Assembly (NCBI GenBank): GCA_021799535.1
Contig: JAJZAH010000003.1
Coordinates: 58,067-122,066, forward strand
Length of the DNA: 64,000 bases
Source of the DNA: Nanobdellota archaeon
GTDB lineage: Archaea; Nanobdellota; Nanobdellia; Pacearchaeales; GW2011-AR1
Direction of reading: 5' to 3'
The position numbers and the translations under genes were made by a program. Shown one piece after another: positions 28,796 to 37,976 of this stretch (the stretch's first letter is position 1; every line of letters begins with the position of its first letter). The notes under the pieces were generated by a model that saw only the letters and a program-made list of their open reading frames with translations, was not told where the DNA came from and ran no database searches.

Positions 28796-29463
28796 TTTAG
28801 TTTGATCTCACCGCGAAAAGCATTCTCACCTTCCTTGATTATCTTTCCCCCACAAAATTTCAGGCTTCTTGAATACAGCGGGCAATTGATGACAAAAGTC
28901 TCAAATTCCCCGCCTTCCCCTGCAGGATGAATTTTATATTTTTTATTCAAAACATCCATTTCAGCAATGAATTTTTTGTCTATTTTCCTGAAAATCCACT
29001 TATTATCCAAAGGATAGGCAAAAACTCCCGTCAGGATCACTTCAAATTTGTTATCAAGAAGCTCAGCTAAGTACGCATTCCCATCTTTTTGCCAAAGGGG
29101 GTTGAAACATTCCAGCCCGGCTTCGTCACAAATTTTCTGAACTCTTGAAGCCTGGTAGACTGAACCTATCGCCCCTGTCACAATACCTCCTATTTTATAC
29201 TTCTCCTTCGCAGATTTTATCGCAGTCTCAAGGTCTTTTAATTCATCTTCTTTCCTTCCTTCGGTCTCCCGGATAACTAAAGGTAAACCCATAACTTTGG
29301 CCTGGAATTTTGTTTTTCTTATTGAAGGTGTATGAAACATGAAACTTTCTTTATTTTTTGAATAAACTGAAATGAGGCATGAAAGCTCATAACCCATGGT
29401 TTTGGCAACGTAAGCTGAATAAACAGAATCTTTTCCGCCAGAAAAAAGGACTCCCAGTCTCAT
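28792..29463 (-). CDS. dph6: diphthine--ammonia ligase
   Basis: FSGGKDS, SFMFH, PLW and GEGGEFET motifs. Confidence 0.9.
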   Translation of the reverse strand: MRLGVLFSGGKDSVYSAYVAKTMGYELSCLISVYSKNKESFMFHTPSIRKTKFQAKVMGLPLVIRETEGRKEDELKDLETAIKSAKEKYKIGGIVTGAIGSVYQASRVQKICDEAGLECFNPLWQKDGNAYLAELLDNKFEVILTGVFAYPLDNKWIFRKIDKKFIAEMDVLNKKYKIHPAGEGGEFETFVINCPLYSRSLKFCGGKIIKEGENAFRGEIKLK

Positions 29464-29487
29464 GAATAATCAAAAACATGAAGGTTT

Positions 29488-29736
29488 TTATTTTTTTGGA
29501 AAATACTTTCCGTAAACATAAGTGGTTCCGTCAAGGTAAGAGGAATCGATGCTCATTGGGCTATCCTGAAAAGTATATTTCTCAAGCTTCCCCAATTTGG
29601 GCTCATGAGAAACATTCCGGTTTTTGTAATCATAAGTTCTCGCATCATAATTCGCACAGGTTCCCAAGGTCATAGCTGTAAGAGCAACGGCAAAAACAAG
29701 GTATTTGACAGCCCGATCTATTTTATCTTTTTTCAT
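29488..29736 (-). CDS. small secreted or membrane hypothetical protein
   Basis: 82 aa with an N-terminal hydrophobic segment and Cys; TATA upstream. Confidence 0.55.
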   Translation of the reverse strand: MKKDKIDRAVKYLVFAVALTAMTLGTCANYDARTYDYKNRNVSHEPKLGKLEKYTFQDSPMSIDSSYLDGTTYVYGKYFPKK

Positions 29737-29779
29737 CCAATTACAAAAACCCCCATTTTTATAAAGATTCCTGAGCTCA

Positions 29780-30658
29780 CTAATTCTGGCTTTCCTCTGC
29801 GGCCACGTCTTCGGAGGGCTCGAACTCGTCAGTTAATAACTCTCCTTCTTCAAGGGTTTCCTCGCTCCAGTCACCGCTTTTCAGGTCTGCATAAGGGTCT
29901 GGGTTTTCTTTAAGAAATACTTTTTTAAGCCAAATGTAGATTTCATCAAAATGTTTCTCCTGCTCAAGCCACACTTCTCCGTTGTTTTCAAGTTGGATCA
30001 CCGGAAAAAATGAGAGTGCCCTCTCCTCCTTCTCTTTCCCCACTATCTCCGTATAAGGTACCTTTTTTTCCTCTTTGTTTGAGTCAAAATATCCCCTGAT
30101 TTTCTCATGAATCCCTTTCATTTTGTTGATTATACTGTATTTCCTCTTTGGAAGGCTTATTCCACTCTCCCGCAGCGCATTGTTATCCACAATCGCTTTT
30201 TTTATCCTCCTGTTTTCAGTTATTATCGCTTTGTTCAGAGATTCTATGAGTTCATTCAGAGTTACTTTTCTGAACCTTGGGACCGGGCTTCTAAGAACCA
30301 GTTCAGGAATCTCTTCTTCAAGTTCTATCCTCTCCATCTCTTTTGGTTTTTTCTCCTCTTTTTCACCAAAAAGGATGCTGTCTATGCTCTTCATGTAACG
30401 GCTAAGAAGGAGTTCGGATTTTATCCTAAGGAGAAGTGCAGCAGCCAAAAGCACTTTGCTTGAGATGAAAAAATCGGTCTCTTCATACTGCTGAATCCTC
30501 AGCAAAAAGCCTTCCGCAAGCCGCCCAATATCTATATCCCACGGGTCAAGCTGCTCTGTATTGATCAGATCGTATATGATTTCTTTCCACCCTATCTCAC
30601 GATTAAACAAAAGATCCTCAACCTCTTTCTGACTAACCGTCGACTTCACCCCGTCCAT
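29780..30658 (-). CDS. scpA: segregation and condensation protein A (kleisin)
   Basis: LDPWDIDI, LLAAALLLRIKS, RKVTLNELI and LEQEKHFDEI motifs. Confidence 0.88.
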   Translation of the reverse strand: MDGVKSTVSQKEVEDLLFNREIGWKEIIYDLINTEQLDPWDIDIGRLAEGFLLRIQQYEETDFFISSKVLLAAALLLRIKSELLLSRYMKSIDSILFGEKEEKKPKEMERIELEEEIPELVLRSPVPRFRKVTLNELIESLNKAIITENRRIKKAIVDNNALRESGISLPKRKYSIINKMKGIHEKIRGYFDSNKEEKKVPYTEIVGKEKEERALSFFPVIQLENNGEVWLEQEKHFDEIYIWLKKVFLKENPDPYADLKSGDWSEETLEEGELLTDEFEPSEDVAAEESQN

Positions 30659-30774
30659 TTTTTGAAAAAGCTTCCAAGTTTTATAAATTTATTATATGAA
30701 AAGAGGAACGCCATGTCATTTTTAAAGAGTAACATAATCGAAAGGTTTATATAGGGGAGTGACTACCAATTACT

Positions 30775-30847
30775 ATCACCTCTTTTTACCCAGGAGAGGA
30801 CGCAAGTCATACTATTTGATTTGGCTTGAAGAATCTCCTAGGTTTTT
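30775..30847 (+). ncRNA. candidate small structured RNA
   Basis: Strong BRE/TATA (CGAAAGG-TTTATATA, 30746) with no ORF downstream. Stems ACC-C-AGGAGA/TCTCCT-A-GGT and CAAGTCA/TGGCTTG followed by a T run. Confidence 0.4.
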
Positions 30848-30868
30848 ATACCAAGCCGGGGAGAACTC

Positions 30869-31342
30869 TCAGATTTTTCCTTTTACCAGTTTTTTGTAAT
30901 CCCAGATTATGAAAGATATCACTATAAAATCGATAATTGTAAGCAAGATGTAGAAAACTGAGTAAATTAACACCACAAGATAAATTTGATATATCAAAAA
31001 GGCTATCAGTATCCAAACTGCCAAAGGGTAAACCCAAACTTTTCTCTCGAGAAGCCCTGCAACTAAACCAAGCTTGATTATGCCATGCAATATGAGGAAG
31101 GCGGCCCAAAAATAATCTACCCCCTGAGGCATTGAAGAAAAAGTGTGTATAAGCGCATTCGCAAGCAGATCTTTGGGATCTTCAACAAGTTCATGCGAAA
31201 AAACTGCATTAAGGAGGCCAAGGATAGAACTAAGGGGAAAAAAGAGAAGGAACATTCCTGAAAACAGTTCAAAAAGACCATCAGCCCCTTTCAGAAAAAG
31301 GCTGTACTCATATGCAAGTCTGAATAGTTTCTTGAAATCCAT
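30869..31342 (-). CDS. DUF2127-family membrane protein
   Basis: LKGADGLFE, HELVEDPKD, HGIIK and WVYP motifs. Confidence 0.8.
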   Translation of the reverse strand: MDFKKLFRLAYEYSLFLKGADGLFELFSGMFLLFFPLSSILGLLNAVFSHELVEDPKDLLANALIHTFSSMPQGVDYFWAAFLILHGIIKLGLVAGLLERKVWVYPLAVWILIAFLIYQIYLVVLIYSVFYILLTIIDFIVISFIIWDYKKLVKGKI

Positions 31343-31402
31343 GCAACTAAAAGGAACCCACGATTTTAAAAGTTATGAAAAGTATTTATACTTAAAGGGC
31401 TT

Positions 31403-31696
31403 TTGAAATGTGTGAAAAACGTCGAATTGCTGGTAATTGATATCAACGGACATTTCACTTTCCTTGAAAGATTCGATTTAATCGGACTTGATGTGAACCC
31501 TGTGATAAAATACTGCTTCTCAGGAGATCACGCAAAAAGTGAGGGCGAAATAAAAGATGAAATAGAAAAGATATTATTTGAAAAATACCTTAAGTGTGAC
31601 AAAAGTTTCGACACGAACTTCATGTATAATCAGATGACTGGAAATGTAGAAAAGGCAAAAGTGGAGTTTATTTATGATTCTCGGCGCTTCCGATGA
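31403..31696 (+). CDS. hypothetical protein
   Basis: 97-aa ORF filling the gap; start uncertain. Confidence 0.45.
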   Translation: MKCVKNVELLVIDINGHFTFLERFDLIGLDVNPVIKYCFSGDHAKSEGEIKDEIEKILFEKYLKCDKSFDTNFMYNQMTGNVEKAKVEFIYDSRRFR

Positions 31697-31889
31697 ACTC
31701 AGCGTAATGGCACTTTCCGCAGTAAAGTCGGTCCTTTGATTTCATAAGGAAAACACCAGGCCCGCATCTCGGACAAAACCTTTCCTTTTTCAGGGAGCTT
31801 CCCTCAACTTTGTATTTTGAATATTTCTTTGAAGTTGGCTTATTTTTGTGAGGTTTCTTTCCTTTCTTTACAATTTTCTTCTTTCCCAT
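31668..31889 (-). CDS. rps27ae: 30S ribosomal protein S27ae (eS31)
   Basis: [10 protein letters not shown]...RLYCGKC motif; conserved gene order. Confidence 0.95.
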   Translation of the reverse strand: MGKKKIVKKGKKPHKNKPTSKKYSKYKVEGSSLKKERFCPRCGPGVFLMKSKDRLYCGKCHYAEFIGSAENHK

Positions 31890-32209
31890 TATTGAGCACC
31901 CCCCTCAGAAATCTTCTTTGTTTCAGCTTCTTTCTTCTCTTTTTCCTTTTCTTTTTTTGTCTTTCTCACAACCCTGTCAAACTCCGCTTTGGAAGAATAA
32001 ACATCAGCCAAGACCTCGAAAACCCGGTTTCCGAATTTTCCCACAATTCTATTCGTCCTGACAAGCTCAGGTTTGATTGAAAAATTCTCAAAGAGCAGTT
32101 TTTTCACTTCATCATGACTTGGAACGATTTCTGACTTTATCTCGAACTTCATCTCTTTCCTTGAAAAAAGAGGATTCTCATTTTCTGATATCAACTTTAT
32201 CTCTGTCAT
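31889..32209 (-). CDS. rps24e: 30S ribosomal protein S24e
   Basis: [11 protein letters not shown] and KFG motifs; conserved gene order. Confidence 0.88.
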   Translation of the reverse strand: MTEIKLISENENPLFSRKEMKFEIKSEIVPSHDEVKKLLFENFSIKPELVRTNRIVGKFGNRVFEVLADVYSSKAEFDRVVRKTKKEKEKEKKEAETKKISEGGAQ

Positions 32210-32400
32210 CTTGTCTTTATCGCAAACTCGCCGTTTGAATTTAACCCTATATTCTTTGCAATCTCCGACTTTTCACTGTTGAGGACGAAAATTTTTCCCT
32301 TGTAAGAATCTGTAAACTCCTTGGACCCGCAGTTTGGGCATTTGTCGCCTTCATAAATTGTCTTGCAGATTTTACATGCCTTATCTTTCACTTTTGCCAT
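32206..32400 (-). CDS. spt4: transcription elongation factor Spt4 (RpoE'')
   Basis: ACKIC...CPNCGS...SEIAK motif. Confidence 0.93.
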   Translation of the reverse strand: MAKVKDKACKICKTIYEGDKCPNCGSKEFTDSYKGKIFVLNSEKSEIAKNIGLNSNGEFAIKTR

Positions 32401-33011
32401 TATTTCTTCTTAGCTCCTTTTCCTTTTGACTCTTTCCCCGATTCTTTCCTGGCTACTTTTTTTTCTTCAGCTTCTTTTTTTGCTTTGTCTTCTTTCACCC
32501 ATTCAATCTTTCCAAGACCCGGTTGCCTCATTGTAAGGCCGACTTTTGGCTCATCGCCTTTATGGGAGATAGCAACAATTCTCGCAATGCACAGATCTCC
32601 TTCTTTCAGAGCTCTTCCGCTTGATTTGCCAGAGAGACTTCCTGAATCACTGAAACTGACATAATCGTCCATAGTCTGGCTTATGTGAATCATTCCTTTC
32701 ATGACCCCAAGGTCGATAAAGGCACCGAAATTTGTTATTTCCGCTATTCTCCCGTAAACCAATTCCTGCAGTTCAGGTTTCCAGACAAGAAGCTCAAAAG
32801 TGCATTTGTAATATGCAGCACCATCACCAGGGATTATAACCCCCTTGCCCACATTTATCACTTTCACAACTGCAACGACTTTTCCAAGCTCTTTTTCATA
32901 GTAATCCTTGTAAGTCTCTTCAAGCTGCTGCTCGATGGACTCCGAAGTAGGCAAGCCAAACAGCTTCGGGTCAACTCTTACATAATCTTCAACTTCAGAC
33001 AAATAAAACAT
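32400..33011 (-). CDS. rpo7: DNA-directed RNA polymerase subunit E' (Rpo7)
   Basis: IPGDGAAY, FGAFIDLG, HISQ and GLTMRQPGLGK motifs. Confidence 0.95.
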   Translation of the reverse strand: MFYLSEVEDYVRVDPKLFGLPTSESIEQQLEETYKDYYEKELGKVVAVVKVINVGKGVIIPGDGAAYYKCTFELLVWKPELQELVYGRIAEITNFGAFIDLGVMKGMIHISQTMDDYVSFSDSGSLSGKSSGRALKEGDLCIARIVAISHKGDEPKVGLTMRQPGLGKIEWVKEDKAKKEAEEKKVARKESGKESKGKGAKKK

Positions 33012-33059
33012 CTTTAATCGGAATTTAAAGCAAAAATTGGTTTTTAAAGATTGTGATTT

Positions 33060-33386
33060 CTATTTTAATTTCTTATTCATAATTAAGGAGGTTACATGAA
33101 AACCTAATTTCTCATAGAAGTTTCTTAACCTTTCTGGACAGTTAAATTTAATTTGACGAATTTTGCGTTTTTTGGCTTCTAGAATAGCCAATTCAATCAA
33201 TTGCGTAGCTATCCTTTATTTCTAAATTCTTTTAAAATATAAACATCTTCCAAAATCAAGATTTTATCACAAATTCATAAACTCTCTCTTACTGAGGGAA
33301 ATCCACCATTTAATCTCCTTGCGAGCTAGTTTGTCTAATTTAACCAAATCATCCAGATCTTTTTCAGTTGCTTTTTTTATTATCAT
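33060..33386 (-). pseudogene. GNAT acetyltransferase pseudogene
   Basis: MIIKKATEKDLDDL...FMNL* followed by out-of-frame LEDVYILKEFRNKG / IATQLIELA...NFYEKLGF. Two frame breaks and an apparently missing middle. Confidence 0.8.
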
Positions 33387-33390
33387 ATTC

Positions 33391-33762
33391 TTATTGCAGT
33401 TCCAGTTTTTTCCTATTCCTTATGACTATTTTCCTGTTATTCACTGACTTTTTCAGCTCGTAATCCATTGTCGCAAGCACAAAATCTGGGTGCGAATCAA
33501 GGTAGTTTTTTATGCCAGCATCCGGATATTTGCCGGGACAGCTTACACTTTTGTAGTTACCTGATTTTATCATTTTAAGGGCAAGTTCAGATTCACTCTT
33601 TACTTTCAGCGATTTTGTGGAACTGCCAATCCGATTAATCTCTGCCAAAACCTCCTCGGGAATGAAAACAGAATGCCCCATGTTCAAGAGCTCCTCAAAG
33701 AAGTCAAGTTTATTTCTTATAGAACTCAGGATAAAACTTGTATCCAATAGGACATTAGCCAT
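33391..33762 (-). CDS. PIN-domain protein (Fcf1/Utp24-like)
   Basis: VLLDTSFI, IPEEVLAE and LATMDYEL motifs. Conserved position upstream of rpo7. Confidence 0.85.
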   Translation of the reverse strand: MANVLLDTSFILSSIRNKLDFFEELLNMGHSVFIPEEVLAEINRIGSSTKSLKVKSESELALKMIKSGNYKSVSCPGKYPDAGIKNYLDSHPDFVLATMDYELKKSVNNRKIVIRNRKKLELQ

Positions 33763-33829
33763 TTTATTACAAAGCGGACAAGATATAAAAAACTTACATT
33801 TATAATCCAGTTTCACTATATGTCTATAC

Positions 33830-34360
33830 ATGATAACAAAACTTGCAGAAGATTTTGCTAAAAGGAAACACCTTGGACAAAGTCGAAAACTCCAGAATGA
33901 GCCATATTTCAACCATGTTGAAAGGGTATCAAAAATACTTAAGGAACATAAAAAGAGCCACGCAATAAATGAACTTGTCGCTGCGGCCCTGTTGCATGAC
34001 ACTCTCGAAAATACAGATACTAATGAAAAAGAATTGAGAGAAAATTTTGGGGAACTTATAACGTCGCTCGTAAAAGAGCTCACGACAAATAAGTCTGAAA
34101 GCAGATCAATCGGGAAAAAAGAATACCTCGCTGAAAAGATGAGCAACCCCGCTAAAATGAGCAGTTGGAGCCTTGCGATAAAACTTGCAGACAGGCTGGA
34201 TAATGTTTCCGATCTCCAAAACGCAACAAAAGATTTCAGAAATAGATACATTGATGAGACAAACCACATACTGAAAAATCTCGAGGAAAAAAGGAAGCTG
34301 ACAGAGACCCAAAAGAACCTTGTCCAGAAGATAAAAGAGAAAATAATGAAATTCGAATGA
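33830..34360 (+). CDS. stand-alone RelA/SpoT-type HD hydrolase (Mesh1/SAH-like)
   Basis: HLGQSRK...EPYFNH, AALLHDTLE and IKLADRLDN motifs. Confidence 0.88.
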   Translation: MITKLAEDFAKRKHLGQSRKLQNEPYFNHVERVSKILKEHKKSHAINELVAAALLHDTLENTDTNEKELRENFGELITSLVKELTTNKSESRSIGKKEYLAEKMSNPAKMSSWSLAIKLADRLDNVSDLQNATKDFRNRYIDETNHILKNLEEKRKLTETQKNLVQKIKEKIMKFE

Positions 34361-34852
34361 CTATTTCTTTTTTATTTCGGGCAATGACTTCTGTTGTCTC
34401 ATAAATTCATACAGTATTATTCCGTAAGCCACAGGGAGGCTGAATGGTTCATCGACGTTCACGATTGGTATGACTATTCTCTCTATCCCTTTCATATGGC
34501 TTATCTTTCTCGGTATACCCTCACGCTCGTTTCCAAAGATAATGAGCGGATCAGTTAAGAATTCGACATCAGGTTTATCATACCCCAACTTCCTGCTATT
34601 TTTGCTTATGACCGTCGCATATTTATTCTTATACAGATTTATGAAATCAACAGGTTCGTCAACTTCGGTGATAATTATTCTGTTTTCTCTGCCATTCCTG
34701 CAAACGCCTCTTACCCTGTCTATGTTTTTTTTATCCCGCAGGATGCCGAAAGAATCATAAATGTAAATTCTGTTCATGCTGAGAGCGAGGCTCGTCCTTA
34801 TTATGCTGCCGAAGTTTGACGGATCTTCAGGATTGTAAAGCAAGACATCCAT
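34361..34852 (-). CDS. SpoU/TrmH-family RNA methyltransferase
   Basis: PSNFGSIIRT, IIFGNEREGI and IPI...SL motifs. Confidence 0.8.
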   Translation of the reverse strand: MDVLLYNPEDPSNFGSIIRTSLALSMNRIYIYDSFGILRDKKNIDRVRGVCRNGRENRIIITEVDEPVDFINLYKNKYATVISKNSRKLGYDKPDVEFLTDPLIIFGNEREGIPRKISHMKGIERIVIPIVNVDEPFSLPVAYGIILYEFMRQQKSLPEIKKK

Positions 34853-34888
34853 AAAAAGGTTTAATAAAATTTGTTTATATTAATTTCT

Positions 34889-35632
34889 ATGATTCAGGAT
34901 AAGGAAAAACAGCAGCACTTTCTGAAAAACGCTGAAATACTTGGAAGGGAAATCAATGCTGCAAACATTACGGCAAAAGACAGTGTTATAGAGATAGGAG
35001 CAGGCGACGGAAGGCTGACAAGATTAATCTCAAAAAAAGCAGGCTCTGTAACTTCATATGAGACTGATGAAAGTTTCAAAAATAAACTTGAAGGATTGAA
35101 ACTCAGCAATGTAAAATTTACATTTCACAATGCACTTGAAGACTCATGGAAAGGGCATAATAAAATTGTCTCCAATATTCCATATTCACTTTCAGAACCG
35201 GTCGTGATGAAAGCCATAAGAGAGGGGATAGACGAGCTTATGTTAATTGTCGGGGAAAAATTCGCGAATTTGCTCAAGAAAAAGGAAACCAAGATCGGGA
35301 TAATCACAGAGTTGTACTTTGATACTAAATTTATCTGCAAGGTGAAAAAAGAAGAATTTGAGCCGTCGCCGAGAGTTAATTCTTATATGATCTGCATGAA
35401 AAGAAAAAAACCGGCTGCAACAGAGAGATTCCTTCAGTCTGTTCTTGAGAGAGACGGGAAAACGAAAAATGCCATTATGAAAGAACTTCAAAATCACGGG
35501 AAAACGAAAAATCAGGCGCGCTCCATCGTAAAAGAAATGGGATTGAACAAGGAGAGTCTGGAGAAACCGGCTTCGACATTGTCAGGGAAGTTTATCGAGA
35601 GGCTTAAAGAGAGTGTCGGAGGATTTCTGTAA
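34889..35632 (+). CDS. rsmA: 16S rRNA adenine dimethyltransferase (KsgA/Dim1)
   Basis: QHFL, EIGAGDG, SNIPY and FEPSPRVNS motifs. Confidence 0.8.
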   Translation: MIQDKEKQQHFLKNAEILGREINAANITAKDSVIEIGAGDGRLTRLISKKAGSVTSYETDESFKNKLEGLKLSNVKFTFHNALEDSWKGHNKIVSNIPYSLSEPVVMKAIREGIDELMLIVGEKFANLLKKKETKIGIITELYFDTKFICKVKKEEFEPSPRVNSYMICMKRKKPAATERFLQSVLERDGKTKNAIMKELQNHGKTKNQARSIVKEMGLNKESLEKPASTLSGKFIERLKESVGGFL

Positions 35633-36513
35633 TGGATTACAAAAAGTACAGAAAAGAAATGAAAGAGGTTCTGTCTATCACCAAAGATGAAAAGGTATAT
35701 GATTATATTCTTGAAAATCTGAAATCAAGTTTATCTTCCATAGGTTTCTCAAAAGATTTTGTGAGCTATCTTTCTAACAATTTTTTCAATCTTGATTTTG
35801 AAGAGTTCTACGATAAATTTAATCATGAACTTACCGAAGTCTATAATGTCAAGTTTTTCCAGAAAATTGTTCCGGAATATTTCAAAAAGGAAGTTATACC
35901 CTCAATTCCTGTTTCAGACAAGATACTGGACATTGGATGCGGAACCGGGATCTTGATACATACAATCGCTTCAGATCCTAGGTTTAACAAATTAACTGGA
36001 ATAGACCTCCATGAATATCCAGAATGGAAAGAGTTCAAAAATCCGAAAGTGCAATTCCTCATTGTCGAAAAGAAGGATTTTGAAAATTTCCTGAAGAAGC
36101 TACAACCAGATAACATTGTAGTAACGTGGACCCTCCACCACATGGATTATAAAGAGCAAGAAAGATATCTCAAAAAGATATTCAAGAGCATGAAAAATGG
36201 TTCGAGATTAATACTTCTCGAGGATTCATATTCGGAGAAATTACCTCCAAAGAAGGGGAAGAAAATTTACGATTCGTTCATAAAATTCGATGAAAATGGT
36301 AAGAGGAAGGTAATGTCAGTTTATGATTGGGTCGCAAATAAGATTCTTGCAAAAAGAGAAAATATTCCCATGCCTTTTGGTTACAGAACTTTGGAAGAGT
36401 GGGAAAGACTATGTACAGAGATAGGATATAAAATCATAAATAAATCTTTCATAGGATTTCCTGAAAAAAGAGATATAAACACGCCACAAAGCTTCTTGGT
36501 TGCTGAAAAATAA
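35632..36513 (+). CDS. class I SAM-dependent methyltransferase
   Basis: ILDIGCGTG, GID and LHH motifs. Coupled to rsmA. Confidence 0.85.
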   Translation: MDYKKYRKEMKEVLSITKDEKVYDYILENLKSSLSSIGFSKDFVSYLSNNFFNLDFEEFYDKFNHELTEVYNVKFFQKIVPEYFKKEVIPSIPVSDKILDIGCGTGILIHTIASDPRFNKLTGIDLHEYPEWKEFKNPKVQFLIVEKKDFENFLKKLQPDNIVVTWTLHHMDYKEQERYLKKIFKSMKNGSRLILLEDSYSEKLPPKKGKKIYDSFIKFDENGKRKVMSVYDWVANKILAKRENIPMPFGYRTLEEWERLCTEIGYKIINKSFIGFPEKRDINTPQSFLVAEK

Positions 36514-36517
36514 AAAA

Positions 36518-36643
36518 TGGGCGCGGAGGGAATCGAACCCCCAATCTTTCGGTTACTCTCGAACTCGCTCACGATTACGGATTAATTTCCGCCCACGAAC
36601 CCATTCACTGGAGCCGAACATTTTACCACTAAACTACGCACCC
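36518..36643 (-). tRNA. tRNA-Trp(CCA) with 54-nt intron (36554..36607)
   Basis: Acceptor GGGTGCG/CGCGCCC; anticodon arm TTCGG-CTCCAG/A-CCGAA; T-arm GGGGG-TTCGATT-CCCTC. Confidence 0.9.
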
Positions 36644-36687
36644 ATCAAAGATTAGGGTTATCAGAGGTTTTTAATAATTTTGATTTG

Positions 36688-37932
36688 TCAAACCCCGAAA
36701 AAATCTTTTCCTATCGCATAAACAAAATCCTGCGCTTTTACAGAATCATCCCTTGGATAAGTTACAAGAGCGGGAATAAGTTCTCTAAGACTCTTTGGTA
36801 GCTTGTCAGAAAAATAAGATGAATAAGCCCTTTCATTTTTCAGTGCAAAATTTTTCAGCCTTTTCCTTGTTGAGAAACCGACTTTCAAAAAAGGGGTTCC
36901 AAAGATTAGATGGTGGATCATGAATGAGAAAGATTCCAAATCCGAGGAAATGCTAGGGATTTCTTTAGTGAAACATTCTCTATAAGGCGATTCAAGATGA
37001 CAGGGATAATTGAATTGTGGATCAAGTTTTTCAACTGAAGTCAGAAAATCGATGTCGACTATCTTGGAATCCCCTTTTTCATCAATCAGTATAGAACTCA
37101 GCGAATTATCAATGTAAATATAGTTTTTAGCATGTATCTCTTTTAACATATTCGCATAGTTAAGAAGGACTTTTCCTACAATATCCCTGCTTAAAGTGTC
37201 TTTTTTATTTCCGGCTAAATCTCTGAGATTTCTCCCAGGAAGATAGTCCATCAAATAAGCCCATTCTGTTTCAAGTGAATCCCGCATTCTCCCTAGGCAT
37301 TTCACGTCTGGAAAAAAATTTTTGAAGCTATCATCACCCTTGGAAAACCTGAAAACATTCTCCTTTATTTTATCCATCGCAAACCTTCTGGGATTAAGTT
37401 CATAATCAGGATTGAAGAAGAAACTAGGGAAGAATAATTTCAAAGCATATTTCACTTCCCCATTTTCACTTACAGGATAAATCTCCCCGAATCCGCCTCT
37501 CGAAACAGGTTTTGGATCAAATAAGAGATTTTCAAGATTTATTTCACGCCTGTTTACAATTAAAAAATTCCTCATGGAACCACTGAAATCTCCCCAGTGG
37601 GGGAAGAACTCGCTCAAGGAGATTTTCCTTAGCTCTCCTGAATCTAATCTTGAAAGTGCAAGAGAGTGCTCGGAATTTATCAAAAATTTTCCGTAATCTT
37701 CTGTCGCCTCTTCCGGAACCTCATCCCCAAACAATCCCTTAATCTCCAAGAAATCTTCTTTTTCACCCTTGAGCCACTTCTCTATTTCATCCCTTGAATG
37801 CTGGTAAGGCCAGAATGGAGGATTATGTTCACCCTTAGGAATCCAGCCTGTCGTTCTGAAATTAGAATATATCTTTTTCTTTTCCTCAATTGAATTTGCC
37901 TCCGAGATATACTTTGCAACTACACTGCTCAT
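36688..37932 (-). CDS. protein-kinase-like fold protein with degenerate catalytic loop
   Basis: SRGGFGEIY, YALK, LMDYLPG, YIDNSLSSIL and IVDID motifs. Confidence 0.75.
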   Translation of the reverse strand: MSSVVAKYISEANSIEEKKKIYSNFRTTGWIPKGEHNPPFWPYQHSRDEIEKWLKGEKEDFLEIKGLFGDEVPEEATEDYGKFLINSEHSLALSRLDSGELRKISLSEFFPHWGDFSGSMRNFLIVNRREINLENLLFDPKPVSRGGFGEIYPVSENGEVKYALKLFFPSFFFNPDYELNPRRFAMDKIKENVFRFSKGDDSFKNFFPDVKCLGRMRDSLETEWAYLMDYLPGRNLRDLAGNKKDTLSRDIVGKVLLNYANMLKEIHAKNYIYIDNSLSSILIDEKGDSKIVDIDFLTSVEKLDPQFNYPCHLESPYRECFTKEIPSISSDLESFSFMIHHLIFGTPFLKVGFSTRKRLKNFALKNERAYSSYFSDKLPKSLRELIPALVTYPRDDSVKAQDFVYAIGKDFFGV

Positions 37933-37976
37933 ACAAAATCTCCGGAAGCCCGGTATAAAAGAATTATTACACTGAT

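Noticed and set aside
33763-34269. Long N-terminal extension of the PIN ORF
   Set aside because: It is antisense to the HD hydrolase gene. The PIN domain starts at 33762.
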